From Candidatus Micrarchaeota archaeon (GTDB lineage: Archaea; Micrarchaeota; Micrarchaeia; Micrarchaeales; Micrarchaeaceae), in NCBI GenBank assembly GCA_021792775.1, contig JAJYTZ010000001.1:4965-68964 (forward strand): a stretch of 64,000 nt of DNA, given 5' to 3'. A program made the position numbers and the translations under genes. Each line of letters opens with the position of its first letter. Positions within the stretch are counted from its first letter, which is position 1. The notes below the pieces were generated by a model. That model ran no database searches, was not told where the DNA came from, and was given only the letters and a program-made list of their open reading frames with translations. This document shows positions 19,602 through 30,900 of this stretch, one piece after another.

Positions 19602-20356
19602 GCGAGATTAGAAGCGTGTGGATTGTAGTCCCGTTCAGCAATAACGGGAGTGCCCTGTCTGATGCGCTGTATGAGTATTCCAAGCTCTGGAACGACAGGT
19701 CTCTGCATTTTGTCATCGTATCAGATGGAAACGATGATTCAACCTGTGATAAGGTCATGGAGATGGCTCATGATCTTGGGAAGGTCAGACTGCTCAAGAA
19801 TTCAAGAGATCGGGGAAGAGGATCTGCATCGCTCAAGGGAATTTTATATTCGGTAAAAATGTCAAAAAAAGGGGATGCGATAGCGATTCTTGGCCCGGAG
19901 AAGAGATTTGAGATCTCTGAGTTAGAGAGGATGATAAACGCGCTTGAACATGGGAAGTCGGATGGAATTTTATCGAGAAGATATGATTGGAGGAAGAAGC
20001 CCAAAACGATGATGGCCTCTGACTACTTTTTCTCTTTTGCTTACAATAAAATTGCAAATCTGCTTTTCGGATTAGATTATACAGACATCCAATCTCCTGC
20101 CAAGATTTTTAGAAGAGAGGCAATAGATAAGGTCGCAAACAAAATAGTCATAGGCGGGGAGGGCTTCGACCTGAACCTTGCCTACGAGATGAAATTAGCT
20201 GGAGTGAAACTGGAGGAGGTGTATCTCAGGTCCGAACCTGGCAGACGTCATGTAAGATACGATATCGCCATGGATACGATTTTAGACACATTTTGGTATA
20301 GGTTGTACAGGACCGACTTCTATAAGTCCATGAGAGAGCGGATGCACGATTTCTGA
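19598..20356 (+). CDS. GT2-family glycosyltransferase-like protein (DxD apparently lost)
   Basis: IVVP, VSDG..D.T, N...GRG, DIQSPAKIFRRE; ATG 19598 after GGTGAT. Confidence 0.75.
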   Translation: MSEIRSVWIVVPFSNNGSALSDALYEYSKLWNDRSLHFVIVSDGNDDSTCDKVMEMAHDLGKVRLLKNSRDRGRGSASLKGILYSVKMSKKGDAIAILGPEKRFEISELERMINALEHGKSDGILSRRYDWRKKPKTMMASDYFFSFAYNKIANLLFGLDYTDIQSPAKIFRREAIDKVANKIVIGGEGFDLNLAYEMKLAGVKLEEVYLRSEPGRRHVRYDIAMDTILDTFWYRLYRTDFYKSMRERMHDF

Positions 20357-20435
20357 TCAGCTCGGATAATTTGCCTTAGCCTTCCGCTAATGTTTTTCGA
20401 TCATAAGTAAGAAAATTATTTGCAGCCTAGTTTAA

Positions 20436-20597
20436 CATGGCGATAGATGGCCAGGAAATGAAGGAATATTCTCTGCAGTGAAGAGGGAGTTCGGAGAAAA
20501 TGTTGTCAGCACCCAAAAAGCCAACATGGTCTTCGAGGCAATCCAGAGATTTTGGGCGTATGACATAATATGCAATTACGCCCTCTGTAAAATGTGA
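20436..20597 (+). pseudogene. IS5-family transposase C-terminal remnant
   Basis: Manual translation HGDRWPGNEGIFSAVKREFGENVVS...EAIQRFWAY fits the RW..E..FS..KR motif. Confidence 0.7.
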
Positions 20598-20725
20598 CTT
20601 CTACGACGTAAATGCGAGGGCATAGTTTTATAGAGAATTAGTCAACTGTAAAACTTTACAGCAACCAATAAATATCAGTAAAAGTCCAAAAAGCACATAC
20701 AAAACAGTAATGTAGGGAGGAGGCA

Positions 20726-21535
20726 ATGGAACAAACAATAAACATGAAGGAAATAAAACACCCTAATGCCATTCTGAGAATGCTAAGGCAGGAAGATGAT
20801 CCAAATCCGGATTATATAAAAAAGATATTTGCTACAGAGTTCTACGCGCGGCCTGACAACTATTCTAGGAAAAAGGAGATAATGCAAAGATACGAAAAGT
20901 ACGTAAGTCTCATAAACGGATCGGTGTTAAATCATCTGAAGGTAAAAAAGGCGGACCGCGACAATCAGAAAAAGTTAGGGGAGGTTGTATCTGGAGCGGA
21001 TGAGTATGATATGTTTCGATTTGTAAACTCTTTTCTATATAATGACATAAAGCTAAAATATAATGAGAGTGCCATGCTTTCCTCGCTTACAGAAAACCAA
21101 TTTAACTGCTTTACTGCATCGGTATTGGTATGGGATGCAATGAGGCGGATCGGGAAAGAGACACAAGGGGTGCTGACACAAAATTCCAATTTCCTAACCC
21201 ATATTTTCCTGGCAGGGGACAGTATCGCGCTGGACGTAACAACGAATCAGGTATTTTCAAAGCACAAGATACCCAGAATGTACAAAGGGAACAAAATTGA
21301 AATAATAGATGTGGAGAAGAATATAATTGGAATGGCGTACTGCCAGGCTGCCTCATTACTTGACATACCGCAGGGAAATCCAAGATTAGATGCAAAAAGG
21401 CGAAAAACTTTAGCCGAAATTTCTTTGAAACATGTCCTTCCATCTACGATATCAACATGCGCAAAACTAAATCTAATATTTGCAACTCTATACCCTAATG
21501 TTGTACAGAGGATAAGAAACAATGGAGATAAATAA
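20726..21535 (+). CDS. Hypothetical protein, possible transglutaminase-like fold
   Basis: NCFTAS...THIFL...LDVT in Cys-His-Asp order. Confidence 0.5.
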   Translation: MEQTINMKEIKHPNAILRMLRQEDDPNPDYIKKIFATEFYARPDNYSRKKEIMQRYEKYVSLINGSVLNHLKVKKADRDNQKKLGEVVSGADEYDMFRFVNSFLYNDIKLKYNESAMLSSLTENQFNCFTASVLVWDAMRRIGKETQGVLTQNSNFLTHIFLAGDSIALDVTTNQVFSKHKIPRMYKGNKIEIIDVEKNIIGMAYCQAASLLDIPQGNPRLDAKRRKTLAEISLKHVLPSTISTCAKLNLIFATLYPNVVQRIRNNGDK

Positions 21536-21629
21536 GAGGAAGCGAAGCGATCAGTACTCCTTTCCAGTTGAGGAGGCAAAATAATAGAACAAACAAAACA
21601 TGAGAGAGATAGAACATCCAAATGTCATT

Positions 21630-21664
21630 GTGACATCCCCTACCGCTAAAGCATATGGACTTCC
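21630..21664 (-). mobile_element. IS200/IS605 right-end remnant
   Basis: Minus strand GGAAGTCC...CTTTAGCGGTAGGGGATGTCAC. Confidence 0.6.
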
Positions 21665-21706
21665 AATACATTTGCAGGGTATGTAAGGGAACAGGCAGAA
21701 CTTTTG

Positions 21707-23755
21707 TCAGTGATAGTTCGCCTTGAATACGGCAATCCTATCGTTGTCGCTCTGGTTTACCGTGTTGTATATTTCCGTGAAGTTTCGTGAATCTTCAAAC
21801 GCGGTGAAGTTGGCTGGAGCGCACGCTTGCATTGTGTTCTTGCCGGTTATTCTCTCTAGGACTATATAACTTACATTGTATCTTTGCAGGATGGAGGGGG
21901 AGGGGTTCCCGGATTTGAAGAAAGAGCCCATCTGGCTCATTATAGTAAAGGGATTGTAGTTCTTTGATACTATCCCGTCAGTCCCAGAATACACGTATAT
22001 GCTGAGCAGAGTATCCCTGCCGGCAATAGTCGAGAGAAAGTCGAATGTGTAGTTGTAGCAGTTCGACTCAAATACCGCATTGGGGCCGGTATTGTTTATT
22101 ATCCATGCCCCTGCCTTCTGCTCTATTCCCGATATTATATATCCTTGCCCGGAGAATATGTAATATGTGGATGCGACTCCCCCCGCAACTATAAGCAGAA
22201 ACAAAGAGATGGCGGCAGCCGCATACGCTTTCCTCTTGATGCCTCTGCCCCCAGCCTTAAACATGCGCAGTATAAGAACTGACGCGCCTATTGCCAGGAA
22301 GAGAGAGAAGAACAGGATCAGTTTGTTGTTGTCGCCGAAGCTGGGCTGGAACCGATATATGTTCATAAGAAAGAATGTGAAGAGTGCAGGAATGGATGCA
22401 ATCTTTGCTTTTCTTGGCAGGAATGCAATCCCTATAAGGCCTATCGGAAGAAGTATCCCGATCGACCAAAACCAAAATGAGACATGGGCAGCTGCGTTTG
22501 CCAGCATGGAATATCCGCTGGAATACCAGACGTTCTCTTTTAGGATTAAGGCCGCAAAACCGCTTGCCTTGTGCTGGGACTGGATATACAGAATGGACGG
22601 GAGCGCTATCATGAGGCTTGAAGCGCCGTACTGCAGCCAACGATACAAGCTTGCGCGAGGCTCTTTCTCGAACCTTTTCGCCCATTTGAATACCGAATAA
22701 AAGAACGCGAATGCCGAGAATATGAACACGAAGATGAAGCAGAATGGGTTGACAAGCGGTAGAAGTCCGAAGATTGCTCCTACAAAGAGTATGCTTCCTG
22801 CACCGCCCCTGTACTTCTTCTCTCCATCTATGAAGTTCGTGTATACAAAGGTTATAATCAGCAACGCAATAGGAAGACCGAAGAGCAGGTCATGCTGTAT
22901 AATCAGGTTGTTGTAGAAAGGAGTATCGAAGTTGTAATACTGGGAGGTTATCACCGAGAAAGGACCCTTCTTGGTTATCGAATGCAGGGTCTGTAAGGTA
23001 AACCCAGGTAGGCTGATATTGAACGCCCACATCATCAGGAAGTTTAACGCGAGGCTAAAAAATAGGAATATTATGACTGCAACGGGGGCGGCTTTTTTGT
23101 CTTTCCCGAGCGCTACAAAAAACATGATCAGCATAGAGACTAGCGAGAACCAGAGCATAAAGTTTACCGCATAGGTCGATGCGATTATTCCGAACCCGCT
23201 ATACGAGAGCGTCTGCGTGTAGAAATCCCCGATGAATGGAAATACGTTGGTCGCGTTATACAGGTATAAGTAGCGCGGCGGGAAGCCAGAGAAAAGAACT
23301 GATGTGCCAATCCCTATATGGAACATGAAGTCTGTCGCGTAGTTTGAACCTGACCATATCGCGCCCTTTGATGAGTAGACGCCTTGTGCCTGGAAGACCA
23401 TTAGCACAAGCGCGATTGCTATTATCGATACGTAAATCTGTTTCTCCTTGGTGAACTCATCCCTGATGTGTCGTAGCCACCATCCGTCTCTTTTCTTTAT
23501 GATTATTATGACGGATACAACAAGCTCTATTATTGCTACAGCAGGTATAGAAAGAAAGTTGAATCTTCCTGACGGGATACTCAATAAGACCATTAGATAT
23601 GCGGATATTACAAATCCGATGGGTATACCTGACCCTATTATGTATATCTTCTGTTTTAGGCTCTTTGACAGGAACAATTCGGAAAGCGATATCCCGAAGA
23701 TTATGCTGCTTAGGAACATCGTCGCTGCGAAAATCAAACCGACTGCGCTTGTCAT
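21707..23755 (-). CDS. Polytopic membrane protein, probable GT-C glycosyltransferase
   Basis: Many TM helices, D..FH loop, WI..NT.P.A C-terminal domain; next to GT2. Confidence 0.65.
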   Translation of the reverse strand: MTSAVGLIFAATMFLSSIIFGISLSELFLSKSLKQKIYIIGSGIPIGFVISAYLMVLLSIPSGRFNFLSIPAVAIIELVVSVIIIIKKRDGWWLRHIRDEFTKEKQIYVSIIAIALVLMVFQAQGVYSSKGAIWSGSNYATDFMFHIGIGTSVLFSGFPPRYLYLYNATNVFPFIGDFYTQTLSYSGFGIIASTYAVNFMLWFSLVSMLIMFFVALGKDKKAAPVAVIIFLFFSLALNFLMMWAFNISLPGFTLQTLHSITKKGPFSVITSQYYNFDTPFYNNLIIQHDLLFGLPIALLIITFVYTNFIDGEKKYRGGAGSILFVGAIFGLLPLVNPFCFIFVFIFSAFAFFYSVFKWAKRFEKEPRASLYRWLQYGASSLMIALPSILYIQSQHKASGFAALILKENVWYSSGYSMLANAAAHVSFWFWSIGILLPIGLIGIAFLPRKAKIASIPALFTFFLMNIYRFQPSFGDNNKLILFFSLFLAIGASVLILRMFKAGGRGIKRKAYAAAAISLFLLIVAGGVASTYYIFSGQGYIISGIEQKAGAWIINNTGPNAVFESNCYNYTFDFLSTIAGRDTLLSIYVYSGTDGIVSKNYNPFTIMSQMGSFFKSGNPSPSILQRYNVSYIVLERITGKNTMQACAPANFTAFEDSRNFTEIYNTVNQSDNDRIAVFKANYH

Positions 23756-23772
23756 ACTTGACTTTTGTCCTT

Positions 23773-24465
23773 CTAGTTTTTATATCTCTCGCTGAGCAGT
23801 TTATCCACAATAACTGACTTTATGAAGTAGAGTGGATCGCTTATCTTTACGGTTGATTTTTTCCTCTCGGTAAAATTTACAGGCAGTTCGAATATTCTTC
23901 TACCTTCCTTCTCAGCGAGCAGGATAATCTTTGTGTCGAAGAACCATTTGTCGTCTTTTATCCTGTGCATATTAGATTTTAGGAAATTTGCCCGGAAGAA
24001 CTTGAAACCGCACTGAAAGTCTCCGACTTTAGAGCTGTATGCGCATTGTATCAGCCATATGTATAGCTTGCTCTCTATGTATCGCAATACACTTCTTCTT
24101 GAGATTGCACCTTTCTTGTATCTGTTGCCTATAACTATGTCATACTCGGACATTGCGCGTAAAGCTTTTGGTATGTAGCGCAGGGGCACTCCGAGATCCG
24201 TGTCCATGTAACCGATTATGCCCCCATGTGCTGATGCCGCTCCCACCTTCAGTGCGTGTCCTTTTCCCGACTCTTTTGTCTTGATAAAAATGAATCTGTG
24301 CGTTTTTCGCGCTGCGTTTATTTCCTCGACCGAGGAATCGGTGGATCCGTTCTCGACTATTATTGGTTCAGCGCCCATTCTCTCTAGATAGTTCAGCGTC
24401 TTATCCAGGTTTTTTCTTATCTGTAGCTCCTGGTTATGCACCGGTAATATTACTGAAAGACTCAT
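23773..24465 (-). CDS. GT2 dolichol-phosphate glycosyltransferase-like
   Basis: SVILPVHN, ENGSTD, GKG.A, DTD, DFQCGFKFF, WFFD; start placed at MSLSV. Confidence 0.88.
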   Translation of the reverse strand: MSLSVILPVHNQELQIRKNLDKTLNYLERMGAEPIIVENGSTDSSVEEINAARKTHRFIFIKTKESGKGHALKVGAASAHGGIIGYMDTDLGVPLRYIPKALRAMSEYDIVIGNRYKKGAISRRSVLRYIESKLYIWLIQCAYSSKVGDFQCGFKFFRANFLKSNMHRIKDDKWFFDTKIILLAEKEGRRIFELPVNFTERKKSTVKISDPLYFIKSVIVDKLLSERYKN

Positions 24466-24609
24466 TCGATGATCTGTGTTTTTTGATAGCATTACAAAGC
24501 CAATATCGATTTGCTGTGACAGCATACCAAATACGACAGATAGATAATTATATATGTCATACATTGTTTGGATTGGATGGGTTGCTCAGTATTGGCTGTT
24601 GTTAGGGAA

Positions 24610-26037
24610 TCAGCCTGCGCATATGTAATTATTTGGTAGGTATACTGATGTGCCGTTGCGCTTAAGCGCAAGAGTAGAACCGTATATCCATTCCGGCATA
24701 CTACTGACGCCCGTGTTGTTGAATATTATTATTGGATAACTGGAAACAGTAGTATTATAGTAGAACGGACTGAACGATATGGTGTTGTAATAATTAAGCC
24801 ATACCCATGCATTAGAAACTACAGCGCATCCTGTTATCCCCAGGCTTTGCATATCGCTTATCGCGCTATAAATCTCGCTGCTTGTGGGCGAACCGGCATT
24901 GACGTAGCTAAGATATAGCGGAGATGCTAAGAATCCCGCAACTGTTATCACAAGGAGTAGGATAGGCAGCAGCCCCTGATTATTGTCGTTTACGTTACGG
25001 GAATGCGTACTTTTACTTTTGCCTATATAGAGACAGACAAGCGCAGCGGCTCCAAAACCCAGTGGGGACATGAACCTCATCTGGTTTGCCAAATTTGGTT
25101 GGTTTGGTAAGACCAGCAGAGACGAGACGATTGCAAGTGCCAGGAATGTAGAGAAGACGAAATAATGCCGTTTATTTCCATCTTTTAACTTATTATACGC
25201 ACTGCCGCTCCGCCTGTTTAACCATACATAGAGTATGAGAGCAAATACCGGATATGCAAAAACGATAAACACAATTGGATTTATGCCGATGTTCACGGAA
25301 TTGAATGCGACGTTCATCTGTGTAGCATAGCTGTATAGGGTACCTCCGAAATAAACCATATTGAAAGCAAGCCATGGGATGGTAACAACCGCAAAGAGCA
25401 GGGACGCGACAATTATTTTCTTGGGCCTCCAGAGGAGAAGCAGCATAGGCAGAAATATCAACGATGTGTACTTGGCGAGACACGCAAGACCTAAGAACAG
25501 GCCGAAATAACTGCTCTTCCTTAGGAGGAACCCGAGGCTGATTACGAGCAGCGCAAAGGTAAGTATGTCTGCCCCGTTGATAAGCATGAAACCCAGCACT
25601 AATGGAGTTATGGTGAGCGCGGCAAACATCGTCCGATCCACATCCATGTATTTCGATACATAAAGCACACTTATGAAGAGAAGGACAAGCGTGAGTATTG
25701 CGTATGCATACACAGCTATTCCCCTATTAACAACAATCAGCGCGGTCATCATGAAATATGAGAGCGGGGCCCTAAAAGGTTCGAAATAGATTCCCTTTGA
25801 TATGACATTGCCATGCACCGCCGCGCTTTTTGCATAGAAGCCCGGGTTAGTGAGCGCAAGGCCGTTTAGATAGTGGACTGCAAAATCCCAACCAATACCG
25901 ACATGTGCGAATAATTCGGCTAAAAAGAAGATGGATACGACAAATAAAATGCCTATGCGGGTTATGGTCAGCTTGTCGGATAGCCATTTTGGCTTGATTG
26001 CGGTACGCATCTCGTTCACTTGTTTCCCATATAACAT
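24610..26037 (-). CDS. GT-C (GT87/GT39-like) membrane glycosyltransferase
   Basis: WDF..HY, FEPFRAPL, GLACLAKY, RF..P; start uncertain (26037 or 26010). Confidence 0.7.
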   Translation of the reverse strand: MLYGKQVNEMRTAIKPKWLSDKLTITRIGILFVVSIFFLAELFAHVGIGWDFAVHYLNGLALTNPGFYAKSAAVHGNVISKGIYFEPFRAPLSYFMMTALIVVNRGIAVYAYAILTLVLLFISVLYVSKYMDVDRTMFAALTITPLVLGFMLINGADILTFALLVISLGFLLRKSSYFGLFLGLACLAKYTSLIFLPMLLLLWRPKKIIVASLLFAVVTIPWLAFNMVYFGGTLYSYATQMNVAFNSVNIGINPIVFIVFAYPVFALILYVWLNRRSGSAYNKLKDGNKRHYFVFSTFLALAIVSSLLVLPNQPNLANQMRFMSPLGFGAAALVCLYIGKSKSTHSRNVNDNNQGLLPILLLVITVAGFLASPLYLSYVNAGSPTSSEIYSAISDMQSLGITGCAVVSNAWVWLNYYNTISFSPFYYNTTVSSYPIIIFNNTGVSSMPEWIYGSTLALKRNGTSVYLPNNYICAG

Positions 26038-26203
26038 TTTCCGTGTATTCTTATTGATTTGACTGCTTCTTCTTTTTGAAGAGGAGTGACGCGCTTGAAG
26101 ATAGGCATGATGGCCTTTTACTTTATGATTGCATATATTTTTCCCATCCACTTTTATAATAGTCGGTTGCATTAGTATATGATTTTTGTGAGAGGTAGTT
26201 CTT

Positions 26204-26470
26204 ATGACAGGCAAAGAAGAGACAGAACAGAAGATAAGCCAGATAAACGGACAGCTTGAGATGCTGATAAACGACATGAGTGTTCCGAAGAACGTTCGTA
26301 ATGCGATAATACAGGCGAAAGAGAAGCTTAATGTGAGTGGCGAATACAGCGTAAGAGTATCATCAGCGATATACAGCCTTGACTCTGTGAGCAACGATGT
26401 GAATCTTCCGTTGCAGGCAAGGACAATGATATGGAGTGCTTTGAGCATGTTGGAATCCATAAAGGGTTAG
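26204..26470 (+). CDS. UPF0147 family protein
   Basis: DMSVPKNVR...ND.NLP..ART.IW..LS.LE. Confidence 0.9.
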   Translation: MTGKEETEQKISQINGQLEMLINDMSVPKNVRNAIIQAKEKLNVSGEYSVRVSSAIYSLDSVSNDVNLPLQARTMIWSALSMLESIKG

Positions 26471-26476
26471 GTCTTC

Positions 26477-27973
26477 ATGGGGGGAAAGGAGGTCGTAGCA
26501 GGCCTAGTGAGAAGGCTAGCAGGCAAAGGACTGATAGTGCCAACAGAGCTCGACCTAAGCGGCATAAACGAGGGCGACCTTGACGCTGTCGCTGACTCTC
26601 TGATACAGAGCAATAAGGACATCAGCGGCATCCATATAGTGACCATGGATGAGATTGGTAAGGTAATATCATCCATCATGAGCGATAAGATACCCGTGCC
26701 TATAGAGGCGGTGAGCCCTTCCGGCTACAAGCCTTTGGCAAAAGAGCTGGATCCGGTCTTTTCCATAAGAAAATACGACACCGGGTTCGCTGATGGAAAC
26801 GTTGATGGATTTATAAGTTATTTCAATGACAGGCTCTCTAAGATAAAGGAGATACTTAAACAGAGGGAGACGATTACCGGCACCCTCAAGGAGATATCCC
26901 TGATAAAGGAATATAATGATGGAAAGGAAGTGTGCATAATAGGTATGATAAAGGCAAAGCGGATCACAAAGAATAACAATCTGCTTGTAGAGATTGAGGA
27001 CGAGAGCGGCACCGCGAAAGTCGTGTTCACTAACACTCCCCAGAACCGCGAGAACCTTTACGAGAAGGCGTACTCACTCGTATACGACGAGGTTGTTGCT
27101 GTGCGAGGAAAGATATATGGCGCCCTCCTGATCGCAAACTCCCTTCTCTGGCCCGACATCCCGATAAAGACGCATAAACAGGTAGAGGAAGATCTCGCAA
27201 TCGCGTTCATATCAGATGTGCATTTCGGGAGCAGGAATTTCATGGACAAAGGTTTCAGGAATATGGTGGCATGGCTGAATGGAAATACAGAGAAAGACAA
27301 GAGAATCGCCGAGAAGGTAAAATATCTGATAATAGGGGGGGACGTGGCCGACGGCATAGGGGTCTATCCGGGACAGGAGAAGGACCTCGCAATAAAGGAT
27401 ATGAACGCCCAGTATAACGTGCTGGCTGATTATCTTGAGGCAATCCCTGATTATATCCAGATATTTGTGCTACCAGGCAACCACGACTCTGTGCAAAGGG
27501 CAGAGCCGCAGCCCAGTTTTCCTGCCGAGCTTATAGACCTCAAAATGAACAATGTGCATTTTGTGCCGAACCCTACTTACATGAACATACACGGCCTTGA
27601 TATACTCTCCTACCACGGTACCTCGCTCGATTCTATAATAAGATCAATACCAGACAACAGCTACTCCAGGCCCGAGAAGGCGATGGAAGAGATACTGAAA
27701 AGGAGGCATCTCTCCCCGATATATGGTGGAAACATAGTAGTTCCGAGCAAAAAGGATAATTTGGTTATAGATATTGTGCCTGACATACTCCACATGGGAC
27801 ACATACACAAAGTTGGAATGTCAACATACCACGGAGTCAGCATAGTGAACAGCGGGACATGGCAGGGAAGGACTGACTTTCAGATAAAGCAGGGCCACAT
27901 ACCGACTCCGTGCCTGATGCCTGTCCTTGAGATGAAGAAGTACAAGTTCAGTTATATCGATTTCGGTAATTGA
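26477..27973 (+). CDS. polD1: DNA polymerase D small subunit DP1
   Basis: OB fold, SDVHFGS, GDVADGIGVYPGQ, PGNHD, HG.S.D, GHIH. Confidence 0.95.
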   Translation: MGGKEVVAGLVRRLAGKGLIVPTELDLSGINEGDLDAVADSLIQSNKDISGIHIVTMDEIGKVISSIMSDKIPVPIEAVSPSGYKPLAKELDPVFSIRKYDTGFADGNVDGFISYFNDRLSKIKEILKQRETITGTLKEISLIKEYNDGKEVCIIGMIKAKRITKNNNLLVEIEDESGTAKVVFTNTPQNRENLYEKAYSLVYDEVVAVRGKIYGALLIANSLLWPDIPIKTHKQVEEDLAIAFISDVHFGSRNFMDKGFRNMVAWLNGNTEKDKRIAEKVKYLIIGGDVADGIGVYPGQEKDLAIKDMNAQYNVLADYLEAIPDYIQIFVLPGNHDSVQRAEPQPSFPAELIDLKMNNVHFVPNPTYMNIHGLDILSYHGTSLDSIIRSIPDNSYSRPEKAMEEILKRRHLSPIYGGNIVVPSKKDNLVIDIVPDILHMGHIHKVGMSTYHGVSIVNSGTWQGRTDFQIKQGHIPTPCLMPVLEMKKYKFSYIDFGN

Positions 27974-27974
27974 G

Positions 27975-30900
27975 ATGGAGATAGAGCGTTACTTTGAGGA
28001 GCTTAACAAAGGCTTTGAGGCGGCGAACCGGGTTGCCTCAAACGCAAGGTCGAAAGGCTACGACCCTAGCGATAGGGTAGAGATACTGGCTGCGCCTGAC
28101 CTCGCATCAAGGGTAGAGGGAATAATAGGTGTTGAGGGAATAGCGGATATAATAAGAGAGGAATCAGAAAACTCAAAGAGCAGGCAGGAACTCGCTTTCA
28201 GGATAGTAAACAGGATATGCGAGGATGAAGATGTGGCGAAGGCGATAAAGGCTGATGGCAAGCTGGAACGCATGAACATGTCAGTTAGGATAGGGCTCGC
28301 AGTACTTACTGAGGGCATACTGGTAGCCCCGACTGAGGGGTTTCAAGGAGTAGAGATACATAGGAATCCAGATGGATCAGACTATGTGGCCGCCTTATAT
28401 GCCGGGCCGATAAGGGGAGCGGGCGGGACAGGCGCTGCTCTATCAGTTGCGCTGCTCGACCTTGCAAGGAAACATATGGGGATCGGGACATACAAAGCGC
28501 AGGCAAAAGAGGTAGAACGGTACCTGGAAGAGATACAAATGTACAACGCACGTGCTGCCCGCCTCCAGTATTTTCCTCCTGAAGACGACATAAGGACAAT
28601 ATTCGAGAACTGCCCTGTATGCATAGATGGATTGCCTACAGAGGAGTTTGAGGTAAGCCTGCATAGGGACATTGTAAGGATCGACGCTTCGGGAAAAGAG
28701 GAAAGGATGACCAATAGGATAAGGGGGGGGATAGCGCTTGTAAGCTGCGAAGGAATCGCACAGAAAGCGAAGAACATGTTGAAGTATACAAAGATCGCGC
28801 AGCTCGATTGGAACTGGCTCAACAATATAATAAAGGTCGACAAAGGATCGGCACAGCATGAAAACATAGAAAAGGATGCGGTCTTCCTGCATGAACAGGT
28901 CGCAGGCAGACCTGTATTCGCGTATCCGGAGCATCCCGGCGCGTTTAGGCTTAGGTATGGGAGGTCGAGGTTTACTGGAATAGCTGCAAAGGGGCTTAAC
29001 CCGGCAACGATGCTGCTTCTCAGGTTTATCGCCGTAGGGACACAGCTCAAGATAGAGAAACCTGGAAAGGGCTGCATAGTGATGCCGGTCGACTCGATAG
29101 AAGGGCCTTTCGTGAAACTGAAGAGCGGAGAGGCCTTTAGGGTAAATGATATTGCAACTGCCAGAGAGGTTTACGGGAACATAAGCAAGATACTCTCTGT
29201 CGGGGATCTGCTCGTAACCCTCGGAGATTTCAAGAAGTCCAATACAAAACTGATGCCTACCAGCTACGTCGAGGAGTATTGGAGTGCGCAACTAAAGGAG
29301 AAGGGGAATGAAGGAATCGCCAGCTCGTTCAAGAAAGCGTATGAGATTTCTAAAAAGTACGGTGTGCCTTTGCATCCGCGCTATCTCTATGATTATTCCG
29401 ACATGCAGGATTATGAGATACCGATTCTCGCAGAGGCGATACGGCACTCTTCGCTCAGGATGGACAGGCGCGGAGAGTTTCTGTTTAACCTGGAGGCGAT
29501 ACTCTTTACCGGAGAGCTTGGAAGGATAAGAAGCATAATAGAGAGGATATGCATACCGCACTTCGACTTTGGCGACAGGATCGAGATAAGAGGGGATGAT
29601 GCGCAGAGCATCCTTTCGGCTTTCGGTTTTGCCAGGGAGGGAATAATAGACCTTTCAGTAAGGAAGATGGATGGCACAAACGCACTCGGTATGCTGAACT
29701 CGGTATCAGAGCTGGAGTTGCGGAAGAGGGCGTATAGGATAGGTGGGAGGATGGGCAGGCCAGAAAAAGCAAAGGAGAGGCTGATGAAACCTGCGCCAAA
29801 TCTTTTGTTCCCGGTAGGGGAACATGGGGGAAAAGACAGGAATCTTTCAAAAGCGTATTTCATAGAGGGCAAGAAGCTCAAGAGCGGAGGCGTGATTCTC
29901 GATGTAGCAAGCTTCAGATGCAGCATAGGCAAAGAGTATATCGAGTCGGCGTTCTGCTCTGTGCACGGCTGCCGTGCAAAGATAGAAAGGAAGTGCAGGA
30001 AGTGCGGGGCGAGAACTTCCGAGAAGTTATGCTTGACCTGCGAAGCACCGACATATTCCAACGAGCAGAGGGAGGTTGACATTCTGAAGACCATGAATTC
30101 CGCGCTGGCAAACCTTGGCATCAACTCTGTTCCGAAATCAGTCAAAGGAGTGGCAGGGCTCGTAAGCAGAGACAGGATATCAGAGCCGTTGGAAAAGGGG
30201 ATACTTAGGAGTCTGCATAATGTTTATATTTTTAAGGACGGGACCGCAAGATTCGATGCGACTGATGCTCCGATAACCCACTTCTATCCAAAAGAGATAG
30301 GCACAAGCGTGGAGAAGCTCAGAGAACTCGGTTACACTGCAGATTGTTTTGGGAACGAGCTTGTATCAGATGACCAGCTCGTCGAACTGATGCACCAGGA
30401 TGTCATTCTCAATAGGGGAGCGGGTGATTATTTCCTCAGAGTGTCAAAATTCATCGATGACCTGCTCGATAAGCATTATAAGACGGAAAGATTCTACAAC
30501 CTCGGAAGCGCAGGAGACCTTGTAGGCCACTGCGTCATAACACTCTCGCCGCACACCTCTGCGGGCGTGCTCGGAAGAATCATAGGCTTTACAGATGCGA
30601 CAATAGGGTTGTGCCATCCGTATCTCGTCTGCGCTAGGAGAAGAAACTGTGATGGGGATGAGGATACAACGATGCTTCTTCTCGACGGACTTATCAACTT
30701 CTCCAAGGAGTATCTTCCAACCACCATCGGCGGCACCATGGATGCCCCGCTCATCCTTACGCTTAACGTGAATCCTGCAGAGGTTGACGACGAGGTACAT
30801 GATATGGAGGTTGTAAAGGATTACTCTCTGGACTTTTATGAGACGACCTTCGGGATGGGCTCTCCTTCCGGCACTCACGTCGAAAGCGTTAAGGGGAGGC

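Noticed and set aside
24610..26460. 616-aa ORF as listed in the track
   Set aside because: The N-terminal ~140 aa are antisense to the UPF0147 gene; the real start is near 26037 or 26010.
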